Shown here: in pieces, positions 35,099 through 44,740 of the stretch
How positions within the stretch are numbered: the stretch's first letter is position 1
Layout of the letters: the number at the start of each line of letters is the position of its first letter
Origin: a virus
Direction: 5' to 3' (one strand)
Length of the DNA stretch: 64,000 nt
IMG/VR virus record: IMGVR_UViG_3300047455_000060
Span: 4,123-68,122 of that record
The notes under the pieces: generated by a model
Seen by the model: only the letters and a program-made list of their open reading frames with translations
The model's database searches: none
What the model was told of the DNA's origin: nothing
Translations under genes and position numbers: made by a program

Positions 35099-36013
35099 TT
35101 AAATTCTCGCAAGTCGAATTAGAGTCGCTGCTAGGTTAATTTCTGGATCAATTACTAATGTATGATCTACTAACCCTTGTTTAATAATTAGCACTGCTTG
35201 ATCTTGTTGTTCTTCATTTCCGAACAACGTAATATTGTCATACAACCAACGATAGATCTCTTCCATTTCTTCTGCACGTACTGCACCACATAACAGTTTT
35301 CTTGCACCTTGAATCTTGCCTGCTTTAAACAGCTCAACCATTTCAAGTTTCCAGTCTGCTTCTCCTGTATCGCCTTGTTGAGGACTAACAAGAACACCAT
35401 CTACTGAATTCATTTGCACCATGTTGATACACTTGCGCAAGTCTGGATATGTAGCTTTCACATAAGTGTCAAGTGTATCTAAGTCTGGAGTTACACCTTC
35501 TGTAATAAGAATCTCTGCAACACGAGCAGTAAACTCTGTCTGGTCAATCTTAGCAATATGAAAGCCTTGACAACGACTGTGTAGCGCAGGAATAATTTTG
35601 TTTGGATAGTTACACGTTAGAATAAAACGTGCTGTAGTATGATACTCTTCCATAACACCGCGCAGTGCTGCCTGTGCGTTAGGCGATAAGTAATCAGCCT
35701 CGTCAAGCAGTACAACCTTAAAGTCACCGAACGGAATCATCTGTACAAAGTTTACAATCTTATCTCTAACATCATCTACTGAGTTAGTACGACTTGCGTT
35801 AATTTCTAAAATATCTAATGGATTAACATCAAGTTCATTGAATAACAGTTTAGCAAGTGTTGTCTTACCAATGCCTGCATTACCGCTAAACAACAAGTGC
35901 GGAATAGTTTTTTCTTTAATCCAATGATTTACTTGTGATCGCTGTGCGTCATCTCTAAATACATATCCGTCCACAGTATTAGGACGATATTTTTCTACCC
36001 ATAATTCTTTCAT
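35099..36013 (-). CDS. clamp loader ATPase subunit (RFC small/gp44-like)
   Basis: WVEKYRP, GNAGIGKT, INAS, LDEAD, SRC, DLRK. Confidence 0.95.
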   Translation of the reverse strand: MKELWVEKYRPNTVDGYVFRDDAQRSQVNHWIKEKTIPHLLFSGNAGIGKTTLAKLLFNELDVNPLDILEINASRTNSVDDVRDKIVNFVQMIPFGDFKVVLLDEADYLSPNAQAALRGVMEEYHTTARFILTCNYPNKIIPALHSRCQGFHIAKIDQTEFTARVAEILITEGVTPDLDTLDTYVKATYPDLRKCINMVQMNSVDGVLVSPQQGDTGEADWKLEMVELFKAGKIQGARKLLCGAVRAEEMEEIYRWLYDNITLFGNEEQQDQAVLIIKQGLVDHTLVIDPEINLAATLIRLARI

Positions 36014-36171
36014 TTGTTTTCCTGCCTTAATCTAAATTCACAATAACTGTTCCAACCGTATTCATACATTGCATATGCAATTATAGCACCAACTACTGGC
36101 ACTGTAAAGAATATTGTTGCTAAAAGATCAGCCATTAATAATGCTGCCCCGTAATCATACCAACGTATCAT
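36010..36171 (-). CDS. small membrane protein (53 aa)
   Basis: Manual ORF MIRWYDYGAALLMADLL... Confidence 0.55.
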   Translation of the reverse strand: MIRWYDYGAALLMADLLATIFFTVPVVGAIIAYAMYEYGWNSYCEFRLRQENK

Positions 36172-36347
36172 TATTCACCAGTCTCTGCTTCTTTTTTCTT
36201 TTTACGTCTTTGGTAAAAGCTACCCTTGTAATCAATTTCTTCACTTCGTTGTCCGGAAGGAATTTGTTGGATAACACCGCCCTTGGCTAAAAATTCTTCT
36301 ACTGCTTTTTTTGATTCTTCATCAGTTTCTCTTGGTACTGGATTCAT
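36171..36347 (-). CDS. small protein with SutA-like EFLAKGG motif (58 aa)
   Basis: Manual ORF MNPVPRETDEESKKAVEEFLAKGGVIQQIP... Confidence 0.6.
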   Translation of the reverse strand: MNPVPRETDEESKKAVEEFLAKGGVIQQIPSGQRSEEIDYKGSFYQRRKKKKEAETGE

Positions 36348-36880
36348 CGTTTTAGTCCTAACTCTTTGTAAGCAATTTGAATTGCCTTTGATTGAAAGTA
36401 TGCATCTGCTAGTGCATTGTGCAAATCAGTTTGCATTGCTTTACGTGGATCTTGTTGACAACATCCAAATAGTGTTCTAGAATCCCGTATAATCCAAAAG
36501 TTCCACGGAATAGGCATTCCGCCGCGGCGGAACATGTCTTCCAGTATGGTATAGTCAAAACCATAACCTTGGCCCCATAATGTATCAATACCAACGACCC
36601 ACTTGCTAATTTGACGTAAAGCCTCATCTACGCTAACTGCACCAGTTTGGTCAAAGGCTTCCTCCATGATCTTAGGATCTTGTTTGCCCCACCACTCAAT
36701 TGTGCTGTCACTGGCTGTACGACCTAGAGCATCTTGCTCGTCGATACTAATCTTTAGATAAAGTTCTGAATGTGGTTCGCTGTCATCCAGCGGATTAAAC
36801 TTAACTGCACCTAGTGATAGTACAGTTGCACTTGGACTAGTATCAATAGTCTCTAAGTCGATTGTGCCGTGTGTGGCCAT
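36344..36880 (-). CDS. DEDDh 3'-5' exonuclease (DUF5051/Rv2179c-like)
   Basis: IDLET, FDYTIL, RDSRT, HNALAD. Confidence 0.85.
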   Translation of the reverse strand: MATHGTIDLETIDTSPSATVLSLGAVKFNPLDDSEPHSELYLKISIDEQDALGRTASDSTIEWWGKQDPKIMEEAFDQTGAVSVDEALRQISKWVVGIDTLWGQGYGFDYTILEDMFRRGGMPIPWNFWIIRDSRTLFGCCQQDPRKAMQTDLHNALADAYFQSKAIQIAYKELGLKR

Positions 36881-36886
36881 AAAAAT

Positions 36887-36935
36887 ACTCCTTGCAATTT
36901 ATATACATTATAGCAAATAAACTGCAAGGAGTCAA
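36887..36935 (-). promoter_or_regulatory. sigma70 promoter embedded in a 16-bp hairpin that masks the SD
   Basis: TTGACT-17-TATAAT; arms ACTCCTTGCAGTTTAT and ATAAATTGCAAGGAGT. Confidence 0.75.
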
Positions 36936-36940
36936 GTATT

Positions 36941-37612
36941 TTATTCGTAGAGATTACCAATAAAATCAGTAGTAAGATCTAATAAAGTTCCATTAGTAAA
37001 ATAGTCTACTATTTTGTCTGCTAGTATTCGATGATTTTCAATACTCATATGATTTAGTCTAGGATCCTGGCCATTATATTTTTCATAGAATTTACTAGGA
37101 TCTTTCAATTCGTTATTACATACATCCGTAGTTAGAGTGCCTTTAACATTTGGCACAGCATCGAACCCTGGCAAAATTAAAAACTTAACATCAGGTCTTG
37201 CTTGTATAACACATGTTATTGCATACACATACGCAGTGTATTGAATATTATCTAATTGATCATTGTGTAAATATTTTTGATAATAATCAATTGCGTTTTT
37301 TTGATCTGGCGGATACCCAAAGGAATTAAATATATTACTCCAATGTGGGTCATTTTCAAAAAACCACTTTCTTGATTTACTAGTAAGTTGCACAATAACA
37401 CAATCATTAGATTGATATTGAGAAGTATGTTCTATAAACGACTTAAAGATAAAATCATTTGAAACACCATACTGAGAAGAAATAAACGTTTGTTCAATTG
37501 GTAAATCTTGGGCAATATAAGACATCCAATTGTTGTCATATTCCCAGTATTCGTGCCCTTCGTGAGGAACTTCTATAGAATAGCTATCTCCAAAAAACCA
37601 CAAATTACTCAT
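36941..37612 (-). CDS. SGNH/GDSL-like hydrolase or acyltransferase
   Basis: FFGDSYS, GVSN, DPRLNH. Confidence 0.6.
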   Translation of the reverse strand: MSNLWFFGDSYSIEVPHEGHEYWEYDNNWMSYIAQDLPIEQTFISSQYGVSNDFIFKSFIEHTSQYQSNDCVIVQLTSKSRKWFFENDPHWSNIFNSFGYPPDQKNAIDYYQKYLHNDQLDNIQYTAYVYAITCVIQARPDVKFLILPGFDAVPNVKGTLTTDVCNNELKDPSKFYEKYNGQDPRLNHMSIENHRILADKIVDYFTNGTLLDLTTDFIGNLYE

Positions 37613-37965
37613 TAAATAAATTTCTCTAGTTGTGGTGCAGTCCAACCTTCTGGCTTTAGTACCTTACCGTCTTCACGTTTAATTACTTTGCCTGTAGTAG
37701 GATCAATCTTAGCAAAGTTTGTGTCCATTACTTCTTTCCACGCACCTTCGCCGTCAAAGCCGCCTGCTCTGATAGCACCAATAGTAACAACAAGAATATC
37801 AACAAGTGCATCAAGTTGTTCTACACGATCGTTTGCAATAACTGCTTCTTTTAGTTCTTCGTACTCTTCTGTGATTAAGTCAAGATACATAACATAGTTT
37901 TCAATGCTAGGCGGCTGATCACATGCTGTTGCGAATGTGTCGATATCTTTAAATACGTCTGTCAT
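37612..37965 (-). CDS. MazG-like / PRA-PH family NTP pyrophosphohydrolase
   Basis: EEYEE...DALVD...NFAK...REDGKVLKP. Confidence 0.85.
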   Translation of the reverse strand: MTDVFKDIDTFATACDQPPSIENYVMYLDLITEEYEELKEAVIANDRVEQLDALVDILVVTIGAIRAGGFDGEGAWKEVMDTNFAKIDPTTGKVIKREDGKVLKPEGWTAPQLEKFI

Positions 37966-38369
37966 TATACTGCTCCACTAAAGTTAGGCACATCCATAGT
38001 AGTACCATGGGCTGTTGTAGTACCAATTTGTACACCGTCGGGTTTTTCATTCGAGTAAGCTAAAATTGATTCAGCTTCAACCATTCGAACTTCTAACTCT
38101 GTGCCATCTACTTCAATAGACATGCCACGAGTCCAACGTCCGTGTTCTACAAGAATCCAATGTCCGACTTCGAACTCATCTGTGTTATCCGGACCTTTAG
38201 CGTATACCAAACCCCAACGAGGATAAATGCCTCGTTCTTTACCGTTATCGCTGCTAATAATTAATCCACTAGCAGTTGTTTGTTCTCCAAAATACATATC
38301 AGTAACCAATACACGATTACCAACTGCTCTTAAACTTCCTGCTTTAATTGTATTAATGTTAATTGCCAT
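37965..38369 (-). CDS. GroES-like co-chaperonin
   Basis: LRAVGNRVLV...TASGLII...G.V...GP. Confidence 0.75.
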   Translation of the reverse strand: MAININTIKAGSLRAVGNRVLVTDMYFGEQTTASGLIISSDNGKERGIYPRWGLVYAKGPDNTDEFEVGHWILVEHGRWTRGMSIEVDGTELEVRMVEAESILAYSNEKPDGVQIGTTTAHGTTMDVPNFSGAV

Positions 38370-38698
38370 TATTCACCTTTTTTAATAAAGTTGCCGTCTT
38401 CGTCTTCCATCCAGTCGTCTGTAACGTCTTTACCATTAGCATCTAGCTCTGTTTTAGCCGGAGCTCGTCTAACAGCTTGTTCGTCAGCAACGCCTTTAGA
38501 ATTTTCATAATATTCTTTTAACAAATCTTCTTTCTTACGAACGATTTGGCCACCAGGTCCTAGTTCATCACCTCGTGCGTTTACACGAGCATTACCTACT
38601 GCCGGAGTCATTTCGTTGCGTTTTCTAAGCAAGTCCATATCAATCTGCTTACCCTGCATACTTTTATAGACTTTTTGTCCTTTAATTTTTTGTACCAT
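38369..38698 (-). CDS. hypothetical late protein
   Basis: AVGNARVNARGDELG; GGAG SD and late box upstream. Confidence 0.7.
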   Translation of the reverse strand: MVQKIKGQKVYKSMQGKQIDMDLLRKRNEMTPAVGNARVNARGDELGPGGQIVRKKEDLLKEYYENSKGVADEQAVRRAPAKTELDANGKDVTDDWMEDEDGNFIKKGE

Positions 38699-38725
38699 TT
38701 TAATTCTCCTAATGAATTATATACT

Positions 38726-38733
38726 TACTTATC
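38726..38733 (-). promoter_or_regulatory. late promoter box
   Basis: GATAAGTA. Confidence 0.6.
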
Positions 38734-39250
38734 TCAAGAACTCTCTCCAATCCAGGTCATATTGGATTGAATTAATTCTATGTACACCTATTAAGTATAG
38801 CACATAACTTGCTACACTACTACCTCTACCTACACCCCATACAATGTTGTTCTCACGCATAAAGTCTACAAGATACACCATATAGCGTAATAAGTTAAAC
38901 ATATCTCGTTCTCTAAACGCTTTTAATTCTTCTGATACTCTTTCAATTTCTTTATCAGTTTTACATTTGTTTAGAACATAATTTTGTATAGTTAGTTGCT
39001 TATATTCATCAGGCATAAACCATTCACTTTGACATACACCATCAAAAGTCTTTTGATCTACGTCTAGTGGAATATACTTTTGTAGCTTGTCAAAGCCTTG
39101 CTCTTCCATAGCAGCATTGAACTTGTCTACATCGTCAGTTTCGTCACACAATACCACATGAATTTTATCTGCATGACCTGAATAGATCATGTCAATAAGA
39201 TCGCGATTAGAGAATCGTGGTATTCCTAGTTCATCTGTTTTTATAAGCAT
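38729..39250 (-). CDS. stand-alone DNA polymerase III alpha (DnaE) fragment
   Basis: RVSEEL...VWGVGRGSSVASYVLYLIG...YDL..REFL matches the DnaE GRGS region. Confidence 0.8.
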   Translation of the reverse strand: MLIKTDELGIPRFSNRDLIDMIYSGHADKIHVVLCDETDDVDKFNAAMEEQGFDKLQKYIPLDVDQKTFDGVCQSEWFMPDEYKQLTIQNYVLNKCKTDKEIERVSEELKAFRERDMFNLLRYMVYLVDFMRENNIVWGVGRGSSVASYVLYLIGVHRINSIQYDLDWREFLR

Positions 39251-39259
39251 GTATACAGT

Positions 39260-39499
39260 TTAACTTACTTTTATTAAACTGTCAAGAGAATTTTCGCCGT
39301 TTTCGTTGTTTTCTCGTTCGCGTTGAGCTGCAAGAGCTCTTCTAGTATAAGACTCTTCCTTATACATTTCTAATAGTACAGCAATTTGGGACTGCACTTG
39401 AGGATTATTTGTTTGAAAATATTTGCGACCTAGATCAGAAATTTTATTTTCAATTTCTAGATCTGTAAGGTCGCTTATATTTGCTAATGGATTAAACAT
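39260..39499 (-). CDS. hypothetical protein
   Basis: 79 aa helical ORF. Confidence 0.65.
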   Translation of the reverse strand: MFNPLANISDLTDLEIENKISDLGRKYFQTNNPQVQSQIAVLLEMYKEESYTRRALAAQRERENNENGENSLDSLIKVS

Positions 39500-39502
39500 G
39501 GA

Positions 39503-40087
39503 TTAACTCTGACGTACAAATTCACCAATATAGTTTAGATAAATGTCTTGACCATTATCAGACCAAACATCAATTACTTTAGGTTGATCACTACTTGACA
39601 AAATAAATTCGTCGTCTTCATTTAATGCAGCACTAATATTTGCAATGTATAATGATCCAGTACCGCCTGTTTCAAATGTAACTTTTCTAGAGCCACCGTC
39701 GCTTTTAAGTACTAATCTAGTTGCAGCATATTTCTGACCACCTGTTGGGAAGTTAGTAAATGTTAATGCAACGTCTGATGCAATAATTAATTTTTGTGCA
39801 ACGCCGTCATTCCATTCAATTTGTGTGTCAGCATTTATGTTAGCTGGAGCATACATTGCTCCTGACACTGCTCGTAAATTTGCATTTACAATATTATTAC
39901 CATTAAAATCGTTTTCGCCGTCGATGCGAGCAGACGCAGTTTTAAGGTCTGTTAATTCTAAGTTTGCCGTTTCAAGGGCTATTTTAATTTCTGAAAAATT
40001 ATCACGGAATCCTTGACTGTCATTATCCTGTCCTGGGACCGGAAACTCTTCGTCAATATCCTGATATCTTATTGCGCTATCTGCCAT
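39503..40087 (-). CDS. putative virion structural protein
   Basis: FPVPGQDNDSQGFRDNF; late box at 40106-40113. Confidence 0.7.
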   Translation of the reverse strand: MADSAIRYQDIDEEFPVPGQDNDSQGFRDNFSEIKIALETANLELTDLKTASARIDGENDFNGNNIVNANLRAVSGAMYAPANINADTQIEWNDGVAQKLIIASDVALTFTNFPTGGQKYAATRLVLKSDGGSRKVTFETGGTGSLYIANISAALNEDDEFILSSSDQPKVIDVWSDNGQDIYLNYIGEFVRQS

Positions 40088-40117
40088 GTTTTATCTCCTA
40101 CGTTTTATTTATCTGGG

Positions 40118-42793
40118 TTAAACGTTGTATCTATAATTTGCGAATAACAAGTACTGAGGTTGACTTGTTATATCGGTGCTATCTATTATATACCTATCCA
40201 TATCTAGGTTAAACATAGAAAAATTAAATCCATTTGCGTTAATTGCACTTTTAATAATTTCGCTAGTTCCTGGTTTACAATAACATAACACTATAGAACT
40301 AGTATATCCTAATTCATTTACACTACCGGGCTGCGAACTTCTCATCCATAACGGAACAAAATTTCTATCAGTCTCGCCAGTAACTCTAATATTATCTCGC
40401 ATATTAGAAATATTACTAATATATTTTACATCATCTTTAGTCTGTGATGCATTGATAATTGTTGTATCTGCTTTAATTGAATTTTCATATTCAGGACGCA
40501 ATGTCATAGTTGGCCCTAATCCTTTTACAATACTAAGTAGATTATCTTCTGTTCTTCCGTCTATTATTAAATCTTGCGACCAATCTAAACTAATTGTGCC
40601 ATCATCTCTTGTTACGATATCAAAATCTTCACCAAGAGTAACTATTATTGAACCATTACGAGTTTGTATTGCAAATGAAGGTTTCTCAGGCCAATCGTAA
40701 TAAAAATCAGTAGGCGTAGTTGAAACAGAATCGATCGTTATTTTTTTATTTGACTGAATCTTAATAGTTTTATTAGTTCTTCCTTCTGAAGGATTACCTG
40801 GATCTACTACTTCTAAGTATACAACTTCATAGACTGCATTATTTGTACCAGGCGTGTTTGCAACAGCAGTTTTTAATTCGCCGATTCTATATTGCTTTCT
40901 TTTATGGTTTGTTGCTATAGCAGCGACAAACGTATCTAAACTACTAGTTTCTATACCATAATATACAGGAACCTTAACTTCTCTTTGAATTCCAAAATTA
41001 GGGTCTTGAGGACGATAAATGTATTCTGGTATAAAAATTTCAGGGTCTGAAATAAATGCATTAAATTCTTGTCTTATATTTTCTTTTAAGAAAGGCTTCA
41101 TGTATAAGTTACTATAACGTGTAGTATTAGGATCCCTTACTCTAATAAAGAATTCGCGTTGTGCAATAGTATATTTGTATTGATCTTCTGCGTTTACAGT
41201 AAACTTATAAACCCTATCAAATGTTGTTTCTGCACCATCAGTTGTAAATTTATCGCGATCAAATACAGTTAACCCTGATCTAGAGTATTCAAACGGAATC
41301 CATAAATTAATATCATCATTAAATATACCGTTACTTGTACTTAAATGATCACTATTAGTAGTATAAAGTTGTCCGTTATACTTAACTACATCGCCTGATC
41401 TATAGTTTCTGCTTGCTCTCCAAATACTGCGATAAAAGTTCTGACCAAATGCATTTACTTTACCAACAATTTCGCCATCAAAACTTAATTGCAGTCCAGG
41501 CGGCAATCTACCACTAGCAAGACTATATAGCAATCTTGCTCCAGGTACGTCAGTTTCTGCTTCTACCTTTAACACACTAATTACATTTGAATTAAGTGTT
41601 CCTAAATCACTAGTAGTAATCCAGGTTGTATTAGAATTAAATTCTCCAAGTAGTTTTAACGTAAATGTTTTTCTAGAACTTACATTTTCATCAACTTGAT
41701 CCGGAGTATAACGTGTTGCAATAATAGTAAATTTGTACTCTTTAGACACTGCACCTTGATACGGCACTCGTCCGGCAATTTCTCCATTAGATAAATCTAA
41801 TGTCATTCCAGGAGGAAGTTGACTAGGGCTATTATCGTTATTTGTATCTGCTACACTATAACTTACAAATCCTACTTGGCTGTTAGTATCAATTACGTCT
41901 AATGGTATAGTTACATAATTGTTAGCACGTTTTACGCCTAAATCACCTGGAGTAATCCATATCGGTGTACGTAAGTTAGTATTGTCAGCAGTAAATGTTC
42001 CTGTGCCAACTTGTAATATAGTGTTGTCTACACGGAAGAAATCGTCACCTACAACAAATATACGGAATGTACGTCTAGAAACAGTATCGCCATCGGACAC
42101 GTTAACTGTAAATTGATAATAACGATTTAGTTTTTTAGGAGGTTGCTCACTATAACTAAAGTCCCAAACAGTTGTATCATAATAAAAGCTATCAAAACCA
42201 TTTGAACTTTTAATACCAAAGTCGTATCCACCGTTTGTAATATCATATGGTGCAGTATCGTATGTTCCGTAACTATACAACAGTCCCTTTTCAATTGCAA
42301 GTATAGGGTCTACAATGCCAACAATCCTTCCGTCGGCAGTTAATTCAGTTCCTGGAGGAAGTTCACCATCGCCTTCCCCTATATAATATTCTAAAATCTG
42401 TCCTGCTGCTAAATCATCATCTGTAGCAATAAGTTGAAATTCAATTGGACTACTATCTAATATATAAAATGTATTATTATTACCTACAGGAAGTAACCCA
42501 GGATCAGTTACCCAATCTGGAGCATCTGCACCAGCTACTGTTAGTTTAAATGTTCTGTCTCTAACAGTCTTATCTAACGTAGCTCTTAGAACAAATCTAT
42601 ATTCTATTTTTCTTGCTACTTCATAAGGAGTGCCAACGATACTAGTTCCGCTAAGTCGTGTTCCAGGAGGCAATGATCCACTAATAAGGCTTACAGTTGA
42701 TCTGTTAAGCACAGGCAAAGGAATCGTTACAGTAACGTTTTCTTCTAAATTAGCTAATAATGTTCCTGAAGGTTGACTCCATAGATCTGCCAT
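40118..42793 (-). CDS. baseplate wedge-like protein with Ig-like (He_PIG-type) repeats
   Basis: Four 'LPPG(T/M/L)xL' repeats plus a carbohydrate-binding-like WRASRNY...GDVVKYNG segment. Confidence 0.7.
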   Translation of the reverse strand: MADLWSQPSGTLLANLEENVTVTIPLPVLNRSTVSLISGSLPPGTRLSGTSIVGTPYEVARKIEYRFVLRATLDKTVRDRTFKLTVAGADAPDWVTDPGLLPVGNNNTFYILDSSPIEFQLIATDDDLAAGQILEYYIGEGDGELPPGTELTADGRIVGIVDPILAIEKGLLYSYGTYDTAPYDITNGGYDFGIKSSNGFDSFYYDTTVWDFSYSEQPPKKLNRYYQFTVNVSDGDTVSRRTFRIFVVGDDFFRVDNTILQVGTGTFTADNTNLRTPIWITPGDLGVKRANNYVTIPLDVIDTNSQVGFVSYSVADTNNDNSPSQLPPGMTLDLSNGEIAGRVPYQGAVSKEYKFTIIATRYTPDQVDENVSSRKTFTLKLLGEFNSNTTWITTSDLGTLNSNVISVLKVEAETDVPGARLLYSLASGRLPPGLQLSFDGEIVGKVNAFGQNFYRSIWRASRNYRSGDVVKYNGQLYTTNSDHLSTSNGIFNDDINLWIPFEYSRSGLTVFDRDKFTTDGAETTFDRVYKFTVNAEDQYKYTIAQREFFIRVRDPNTTRYSNLYMKPFLKENIRQEFNAFISDPEIFIPEYIYRPQDPNFGIQREVKVPVYYGIETSSLDTFVAAIATNHKRKQYRIGELKTAVANTPGTNNAVYEVVYLEVVDPGNPSEGRTNKTIKIQSNKKITIDSVSTTPTDFYYDWPEKPSFAIQTRNGSIIVTLGEDFDIVTRDDGTISLDWSQDLIIDGRTEDNLLSIVKGLGPTMTLRPEYENSIKADTTIINASQTKDDVKYISNISNMRDNIRVTGETDRNFVPLWMRSSQPGSVNELGYTSSIVLCYCKPGTSEIIKSAINANGFNFSMFNLDMDRYIIDSTDITSQPQYLLFANYRYNV

Positions 42794-42806
42794 ATTTTAA
42801 TTCCTA

Positions 42807-43505
42807 TTATACAATGAAACCAAGATCTACTGTCTCTCCGGACTCGGGCGTAATTGCTCCAAAATCAAGATCTATCGTAGCCAAAATAAACTCCAAAGCA
42901 TTGTTGTATGTGCGGCGCATAGTGCCAAAATCAAAACCACTTAAATATGGTCCAAATTCTCTTACATCATATCCGTAAACTAATCCTTCTATGTATGCAT
43001 TAACAGTAGTTGCTGTTATGGTATTTGCGCCTAATATATTAAAGTTATTTGCATTTAAGGTTCCGGCAAGTTGCGGTGCAGTATCACGTGCAACAACACC
43101 AGTGCTATCTAAATCTATAAACAACTGTTGGCCATCTACACGAGTACTAATAACTTCGCCGCCTCGCACACTCATAGTTTGACCTTTTGCAACAGTCAAC
43201 GTACCGTTGTCAGATATAGCAATTAGCTGATCTAATGCATCAGTTGCACTAACTGTAATACTGTTTTCTGTTGCAGAAAGACTAATGTTAGCTCCTGCGT
43301 TTATTCTTTTAAGACCGTGTATTCCGTCTACTATACCGGTGTAAATTCCTTCACCTAAGCTACCATTATTTTCGATAACGGTTGCTTCTACAATACGTAA
43401 GTCAAGCTCTTCAAAGTTGTCATTTATTTTAGTAAATGCTTCGCGGAGATCATCGCCAGTCCCGTCATTTGCAATAATGCCTGTGTTAATGTATTCTACT
43501 GTCAT
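42807..43505 (-). CDS. baseplate/tail structural protein
   Basis: NDGTGDDLREAFTKINDNF (T4 gp9/gp10-like N-terminus). Confidence 0.7.
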   Translation of the reverse strand: MTVEYINTGIIANDGTGDDLREAFTKINDNFEELDLRIVEATVIENNGSLGEGIYTGIVDGIHGLKRINAGANISLSATENSITVSATDALDQLIAISDNGTLTVAKGQTMSVRGGEVISTRVDGQQLFIDLDSTGVVARDTAPQLAGTLNANNFNILGANTITATTVNAYIEGLVYGYDVREFGPYLSGFDFGTMRRTYNNALEFILATIDLDFGAITPESGETVDLGFIV

Positions 43506-43517
43506 TTATATCTCCGT

Positions 43518-44708
43518 TTATAAATTAGCAATTGCTGTTTTAAATGCATCAAAATCAACTGCTGCCGCTACTAATGTTTTTAAGTCTGTAATGCTTATGT
43601 GATCTTGTACTATAACAACTCCTGATGTTGATTCTAGTGTTAAATCATCTGTTGCAGTTATTCCTATAGTGCTACTAGCATTAATAGTTATAGTAGTGGC
43701 ATTAGGAACATTTAGTGTACCATTAGGTAGTAATTGTATACCGCTGTCAGATGTAAGATTTAAACTGGTTCCTATCTTTTGTAAGTTACCATTAAAACTA
43801 GTAGTTGCAGAAATTAATCCAGCAGTTATGTTATTATTTACAGCATCAATGATTACAGTACTATCATCGCCAAATACTGACCCTTTTAAGTCTCCATAAA
43901 AGTTTCCGTCCATGTCTACTAACAGTGTAGATAAATCTGGAGAAAATACTTGTCCTGATATGTTTCCTCTAAATAATGCATCTTGTGTGCTAGTTTCACC
44001 TGCAAATAGTACTTGTTTAACACCATCCTTTGAATATACATCACCTATGTGATCACCAGTTGTATCACCAGTAACATTACCTGTAACATTACCTGTAACA
44101 TTTCCAAATAATGGGCCATTAAAGCGTTTATTAACACCGTCAACTAATTTTACAACTCCGTCTGCGCTAAACACACTACCTTCTAGATCACCTGTGTTAT
44201 TAACATCAATTGTTAAAGTACCGCCAGTAATTTCTGATTTAGTAACCAATTGATTAGCATCGACAAGATCAGTCCACGATCCGCCTGTTGCTACTTCTGC
44301 AAGTCCTGCAACTTGAACTGCTTGTATTGTTACTTGAGCATTTGTTACAAAATTAGTATCATTTACTAATTGACTTAACTTAGTAGCAATAGTCGGTTTG
44401 TTTGTTATATTAGCCCAATCAGTTGCATTTATTGCAGGCTTGTTAGTTAAGCTATTATAGTCGCCGTCAAACAAGGCAGGCAAGTTAGACAAATCATTAT
44501 AATTATTTGTCCTTGCAACTTCTGCTATAGGATTTCCTGCAATATTAATATTAACTGTATTGGTAGTAGTTGCTGTTATTATTCCTGATGCACTAATATT
44601 AATAGCATCATTAATGCTACTACCGGACATATTAAGATTATCACCAGATGGCAATTCCTTAATTTTGTTTTCAGTTGTATCAAATACTAGCGGTATTCTA
44701 TTTGCCAT
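43518..44708 (-). CDS. tail fibre-like structural protein
   Basis: YNDLSNLP / YNSLTNKP repeats and GNVT repeats; late box at 44729-44736. Confidence 0.7.
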   Translation of the reverse strand: MANRIPLVFDTTENKIKELPSGDNLNMSGSSINDAINISASGIITATTTNTVNINIAGNPIAEVARTNNYNDLSNLPALFDGDYNSLTNKPAINATDWANITNKPTIATKLSQLVNDTNFVTNAQVTIQAVQVAGLAEVATGGSWTDLVDANQLVTKSEITGGTLTIDVNNTGDLEGSVFSADGVVKLVDGVNKRFNGPLFGNVTGNVTGNVTGDTTGDHIGDVYSKDGVKQVLFAGETSTQDALFRGNISGQVFSPDLSTLLVDMDGNFYGDLKGSVFGDDSTVIIDAVNNNITAGLISATTSFNGNLQKIGTSLNLTSDSGIQLLPNGTLNVPNATTITINASSTIGITATDDLTLESTSGVVIVQDHISITDLKTLVAAAVDFDAFKTAIANL

Positions 44709-44740
44709 GTTTTGTTTCCTATTTTACATATTTATCGTAA

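Noticed and set aside
36283-36480. Plus-strand 65-aa ORF
   Set aside because: Antisense to the exonuclease and the SutA-like ORF
44065-44105. 12-bp tandem repeats
   Set aside because: They encode GNVT fibre repeats, common in tail proteins
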